64,000 nucleotides of DNA from Bacillota bacterium (lineage in GTDB: Bacteria; Bacillota; Sulfobacillia; Fermentithermobacillales; Fermentithermobacillaceae). The stretch spans positions 28,985 to 92,984 of the forward strand of contig JBMNKF010000003.1 of assembly GCA_050952065.1 (NCBI GenBank), read 5' to 3'. The notes beneath the pieces were generated by a model. That model saw only the letters and a list, made by a program, of their open reading frames with translations, had not been told where the DNA came from and made no database searches. Of this stretch, positions 60,601 through 64,000 are shown in pieces. Within the stretch, counting starts at the first letter, position 1. Each line of letters starts with the position of its first letter. The translations under genes were made by a program, and so were the position numbers.

Positions 60601-61345
60601 AGTGCGCGAGGAAGTCAAGAGACGACTTGAGTGGCAATATCCTTACCTAGAGATGACGCGCACGCGCGCAAAGATGAGCGTAGGCGAGCTCAAACGCAAC
60701 CTCGAGACCCAGGATGAAGAAGACGCCTGGCGGTACTTGCCCAAGCCAGAAAGACGCATGGGACTTGACGATAGCAAGGGCTATAACCGCGGCATCTTGC
60801 GGGGTATTGCGGTCCACACGGTGTTGTCCAAGATAGATCTGGCTAAGGCGGGCTCTCTCCATGGCGTTTTGTCGGAAGTGACCAGGTTGACAGACCTAGG
60901 CTTTCTCGATGCCTCCCACTTGAGAGAAGACGATACCGCTCTCATAGCGGCGCTTTTTCAGACAAGCTTGGGTATGGCTCTAGTCACGAGCCCTGAGAGA
61001 GTTCACAGAGAAGTGCCGTTCACAATGAAGATGCCAGCAGATCTCGCCGCGACAACTCGAGGCGCGCCGGGGGACCAGATTCTCGTTCAGGGCGTTATAG
61101 ATGCAATCTTGGAGGATGATGATGGAGTGAGCATCCTCGATTACAAGACAGATGACATCACACCGGCAGGAGTACCAAACCTCGCTGACCGATACATACC
61201 TCAATTATCGCTGTACGCTCTTGCGGTCCAGAAGATCCTGCGAAGGCCCGTGAAGAACGTCTGGATCGCGTTTCTCACGGCTGGCCAGGTGCTGGAAGTG
61301 GACTGGAGAGGCTATCTCGAATCTCGCCTGGACGTCTGTAGGTGA
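57671..61345 (+). CDS. addA: ATP-dependent helicase/nuclease subunit A (AddA)
   Basis: UvrD-like helicase (VSAAAGTGKTSVLVERI) with a C-terminal RecB nuclease (ILDYKTD). Confidence 0.85.
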   Translation: MTSPLERSSTWTPQQRLAIETTDGNLLVSAAAGTGKTSVLVERIIRLVTSTDSPVEIERFLVVTFTEKAAQEMKARIRSALEKVALEDPESGATRQVDFVERAQISTIHAFCLKVLRRYFHQVDLDPSFRVLDSAEADLIRREALDEVFEEAYAIQADDDSPFRGLVQRYGGTRIDEGLKNIVVSLHQFATTQPDMEGWLNRALSMVHEISEATSIWDLPWSRSLCKSILSQIDRVLSFQEEACDGCLPPGGPLEYMLTLDQERAFYREIKQALETYADGDFARAETALAQLANYEHQRLPTARDADPSIREQVRNMRDAAKNEFRRLGNYALARPPQQVLKELKDTVPFLECLVDLVLKLDRRYWAKKRERRGLDFSDLERLCLQILTKEEDTRREIQLEYDYVLVDEYQDTNPIQEAILSKVVRTGERANFFMVGDIKQSIYRFRLAEPRIFLDRHKTYTPLDKDKKSLSSGSRVDLSVNFRSRQEVVDAVNWVFDAIMREDVAEIDYDQSHRLVQGASHYEPGNGRYVAEFHLVEREQTLDADYGQDGDESDHRGLDEYEAVEKEALVVAAKIKNMVTSEDPLLIFDAESKTMRKCSYKDIAILMRSTKDRANAVLEVLGRCGIPAYADTSTGYFQAREIEVALSVLSVIDNPRQDIPLAAVLRSPIVGLSPEDLAMIRCRHKEGSFYDAVKVYSQVDARVAGFLETLERWRTMARRKPLAELVWTILHETNYEDYVGGLPGGAQRQANLQVLYDRARQFDSFGHHGLFRFLRFVEKLKESEGDLGAARALGEQEDAVRILSIHKSKGLEFPVVFVIDLGKRFNTDDVRREILFHKDLGIAALYCDLTDGALVKYPSLAHQAVSSRIWSENLAEEMRVLYVALTRAKEKLFLVGSARQLDRCMDKWRRLDLPGAATYLDWLCPVILRDHDWNPFEVTMWGTQDGCPVPLPEVLAATGLRDASAYVCPLPPPNPQVREEVKRRLEWQYPYLEMTRTRAKMSVGELKRNLETQDEEDAWRYLPKPERRMGLDDSKGYNRGILRGIAVHTVLSKIDLAKAGSLHGVLSEVTRLTDLGFLDASHLREDDTALIAALFQTSLGMALVTSPERVHREVPFTMKMPADLAATTRGAPGDQILVQGVIDAILEDDDGVSILDYKTDDITPAGVPNLADRYIPQLSLYALAVQKILRRPVKNVWIAFLTAGQVLEVDWRGYLESRLDVCR

Positions 61346-61942
61346 GATAGGACCAGAGAAGCCCCACTATCGAGGCTGATGAAAATCTTGGTTCCTTCTT
61401 GAGGGCCATCGGGCTGAATCTGAGTGATCTGGTCTTCGGTAAGGGTGACTTCGCCTTCAGGGCCGCTCAGGGAGAATTGTGAAGATGGGGGGTCCTCCGG
61501 GGTGGACCAAGGCGGCGAAACGGTCTCCACTAGGAAACTGGCCTGCAAGCCCGCACCTAAATGGATAGACACGAGGGTAGGGCCTTGCTGAACAAAGGAT
61601 GCTATAGTCATGTATCGCGGTCCCATAGACGGACACTCCTCTCCATGAAAGCATCCCCAGGAGTTGCTCGAGATAAGCGCGGTCTCATGGGGATTTTGAC
61701 TCGGCGTGTGCCTATAGCTTGTGCTTCCCATCGGATGCTTTCTAGTGTCCCCGAGACGCGGGTAAACGGTGACGAGGTCTTTGGTGTGTGGCCCTACCTG
61801 GGAGCGAGAATTGGGAATATGGTAAAGTAAAAAAGCCTTCCATACTTGTTAGGGTGTTGTCCAACACGTCGTGAGTGACATAACGGTTAGGCGAAGGGTT
61901 GACAATATCATCTTTGATAGCAGGTACGATAGGCAGTAGGGT

Positions 61943-62974
61943 TTGTTGTGCACTGCCAGAGAACTACCAAGAGGAGAGGTGACGGCCTTGCCCGCAAACC
62001 TAAGTCCCCTGTATCTTGCAGCCGAAGCGCGCTTTCGGCAAGCCATCACCGATGAAGAGAGACTGGCTGCCCTTGAGGACATGTTGGCCAACATCCCCAA
62101 ACACAAGGGCACCGAAAAGATGCAGGCCGACATAAAGAGGCGCATAGCCCGAATCCGAGAAAACCTCCGAAGCGGTTCTAAAGGTGGCTCCAGAAGAAGG
62201 GACATTTTTCGGATTGACAAAGAGGGCGCAGGGCAGATTGCGCTTGTGGGTCCGGCCAACGTAGGCAAGTCCATGATCGTCAAAGCCATGACCCGCGCGC
62301 AACCGGAGGTGACAGACTACCCGTTTGCAACCAGAACCCCTCTTCCCGGCATGAGTCAGTGGGAAAACGTGCAGATTCAACTGATCGATATGCCGGCTAT
62401 GGCGCCGGAGATGGCTCAGCCCTGGGTATGGGCCGCGCTTCGTCTCGCGGACGGGTTCCTGATAGTGATGGATTTGGGAAACGATGACTTACTTACCCAC
62501 TACGAGGACCTCATGGCCTACTTGAATGCCAACAACATTAAAGTCAAGAACCGAGGAGAGAGGAGTTTCACCGAGAAAAAGGCAATTATTGCCGCCAACA
62601 AGTGCGATATGCCTGGAGCGCAAGACAGGCTCGACCTTCTGAGAGAGATAGTCGGAGACGACATTGACATAGTGCCGTGCTCCGCCCTGACCGGTGAGGG
62701 TCTCGGCCATTTGAACTCCAGGATGTTCTTCGATGTCCTGAATAAAATCCGGGTTTATACTCACCCGCCAGGGAAGAAACCTGACTTCAGGCAGCCTTTC
62801 ATTCTGGATAGGGACACAACCGTGATAGAAGCCGCCAGGGATGTTCACAAAGACATAGCCGATAATTTGAAATATGCAAGAGTGTGGGGCACGGGTGTTT
62901 TCGACGGACAGATGGTTCCCCGCGACCATGTTCTCCACGATGGCGATATTGTGGTGTTCTACACGAAGGACTGA
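61943..62974 (+). CDS. Obg-class GTPase with a C-terminal TGS domain (DRG-like)
   Basis: G1 GPANVGKS, G4 NKCD, a TGS-like C-terminus, and an unusual G3 (DMPA rather than DxxG). Confidence 0.6.
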   Translation: MLCTARELPRGEVTALPANLSPLYLAAEARFRQAITDEERLAALEDMLANIPKHKGTEKMQADIKRRIARIRENLRSGSKGGSRRRDIFRIDKEGAGQIALVGPANVGKSMIVKAMTRAQPEVTDYPFATRTPLPGMSQWENVQIQLIDMPAMAPEMAQPWVWAALRLADGFLIVMDLGNDDLLTHYEDLMAYLNANNIKVKNRGERSFTEKKAIIAANKCDMPGAQDRLDLLREIVGDDIDIVPCSALTGEGLGHLNSRMFFDVLNKIRVYTHPPGKKPDFRQPFILDRDTTVIEAARDVHKDIADNLKYARVWGTGVFDGQMVPRDHVLHDGDIVVFYTKD

Positions 62975-63197
62975 AGGCGATGGGAAAAGAGCTGGTATCC
63001 GAGAGTGAATCCTTCCGATTGGTACCGCCTTCACAAGCGCCATTGTTATCATGTTGGGTGAATCGGTGGAGGTAACGCGTGTACCCTTGTAGAATTATAT
63101 ATCGGAATGCCTACGTGTAGTTCCATGGTTCTACGGTCGGTGGTTGCCGCCGCAAAGAACTCAGGGCGTGAAGTTGTGACATGCGGGAGAGGATCAT

Positions 63198-64000
63198 ATG
63201 AAGGCTGTCATGAAGAAAGACCCGGTTTACGGAGCTGTTCTTGTGGATGTCCCCGAGCCTAGCCCCGGTCCAGGACAGGTGATTGTCAGAGTTGACGCTA
63301 CTTCCATTTGCGGCACGGACCATCACATCTATATATGGAACCGATGGGCTCAGAATCGGATCAAGCTCCACCGGATCATGGGTCACGAACTGGCTGGAAC
63401 GGTGGTAGAGTTGGGCCCGGGAGTCACCTCGGTGAAGATCGGTGATTACGTTTCTGCCGAGACTCACATAATCTGCAATCATTGTATCCAATGCAAACTG
63501 GGTGAAAAACACGTTTGTCAGAACACGGCAATCCTTGGCGTAGATACCGATGGTTGCTTTGCCCAATACGTGGCTGTGCCCGAGGAGAACATTTGGCACA
63601 ATGATCCGGCCCTTCCTCCAGACGTGGCTTCCATTCAGGAACCATTGGGCAACGCTGTTCACACGGTTCTGGCAGGGGAGACGAGAGGGAAGACATTCGC
63701 GCTGTTTGGATGCGGTCCCATAGGTCTCATGGCCATAGCGGTAGCCAAGGCTTGCGGTGCTTCCTTTGTTGCTGCCGTAGACATCAACGATTACCGCCTA
63801 CGCATTGCTAGTGAAATGGGGGCAGACCTGGCAATCAACTCAAGAAGGGATGACCCGGTCGCGGTAGTCTTGGATGCTACTAAAGGGGTGGGCGTCGATG
63901 CGGCGCTGGAGATGTCAGGAGCAGCACCTGTCTTCGACCAGGTATTTAAGGTTGTTCGGGCCGGCGGCAGAGTTGCGCTCTTGGGCCTTCCGGATGGGCC
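63198..64000 (+). CDS. tdh: L-threonine 3-dehydrogenase (zinc-dependent; partial, runs off the window end)
   Basis: My own translation: MKAVMKKDPVYGAVLVDVPEPSPGPGQVIVRVDATSICGTDHHIYIWNRWAQNRIKL...GHELAGTVVELG...CNHCIQCKLGEKHVC. GGAGAGGA lies upstream of the ATG. Confidence 0.8.
   Translation, partial: MKAVMKKDPVYGAVLVDVPEPSPGPGQVIVRVDATSICGTDHHIYIWNRWAQNRIKLHRIMGHELAGTVVELGPGVTSVKIGDYVSAETHIICNHCIQCKLGEKHVCQNTAILGVDTDGCFAQYVAVPEENIWHNDPALPPDVASIQEPLGNAVHTVLAGETRGKTFALFGCGPIGLMAIAVAKACGASFVAAVDINDYRLRIASEMGADLAINSRRDDPVAVVLDATKGVGVDAALEMSGAAPVFDQVFKVVRAGGRVALLGLPDG

Noticed and set aside
61312-61731. 139-aa minus-strand ORF between addA and the GTPase gene
   Set aside because: It overlaps the addA 3' end, has no recognisable domain, and has weak start signals, so I left it unannotated. 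The 600-bp gap may instead hold promoter or terminator elements.
63111-63696. Minus-strand ORFs 63111..63662 and 63424..63696
   Set aside because: They are antisense to the clear threonine dehydrogenase reading frame that starts at 63198.

Overview
This 64-kb window looks like it comes from a spore-forming Firmicutes-type chromosome (GC about 55-58%); the evidence for that is sigI-rsgI, a CotF-like coat protein, Spo0E-like and AbrB-like regulators, a T-box leader and addAB. I could not identify the taxon from sequence alone.

Coding content, in order along the window:
- A divergent regulatory corner: rsgI (partial) and sigI on the minus strand, an AbrB-like regulator on the plus strand.
- A heterodimeric ABC exporter pair.
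- A 1.15-kb convergent intergenic region packed with three different tandem-repeat arrays (18-bp, about 108-bp and 31-bp periods), followed by a 1026-aa polytopic membrane protein with a degenerate M28-like ectodomain.
- An AtpZ-like gene and purine-rich repeats, then an unusual in-frame murD-nth (MurD ligase plus endonuclease III) fusion ORF.
- tldD-tldE(pmbA), dnaE, a DUF2007 gene and pfkA.
- A promoter-plus-terminator small-RNA candidate, then a lone Na+-decarboxylase beta-subunit (OadB-like) gene.
- A cotF-like gene, two CPBP protease genes flanking a tRNA-Leu(CAA), and DUF2164 / zinc-ribbon / DUF1287 genes.
- A five-gene Fe-S/FAD heteromeric amino-acid (proline/opine/sarcosine-type) dehydrogenase operon with a PucR-family regulator.
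- A 3.3-kb block of four consecutive genes (a GT2-methyltransferase fusion, T-box-controlled serS, an S9-type peptidase and a 4-OT tautomerase) that together carry ten single-nucleotide +1 insertions; each gene in the block has one or more.
- The conserved rimP-nusA-ylxR-infB-rbfA-nrnA-truB-ribF-rpsO-pnp block with an upstream leader attenuator, then nfo, a Spo0E-like gene, an YflT-like stress protein, rnjA, a nucleoside phosphorylase, addB-addA, a DRG-like GTPase and a partial tdh.

The +1 frameshift block, the murD-nth fusion and the repeat-dense locus next to the giant membrane protein are the observations most worth a second look.
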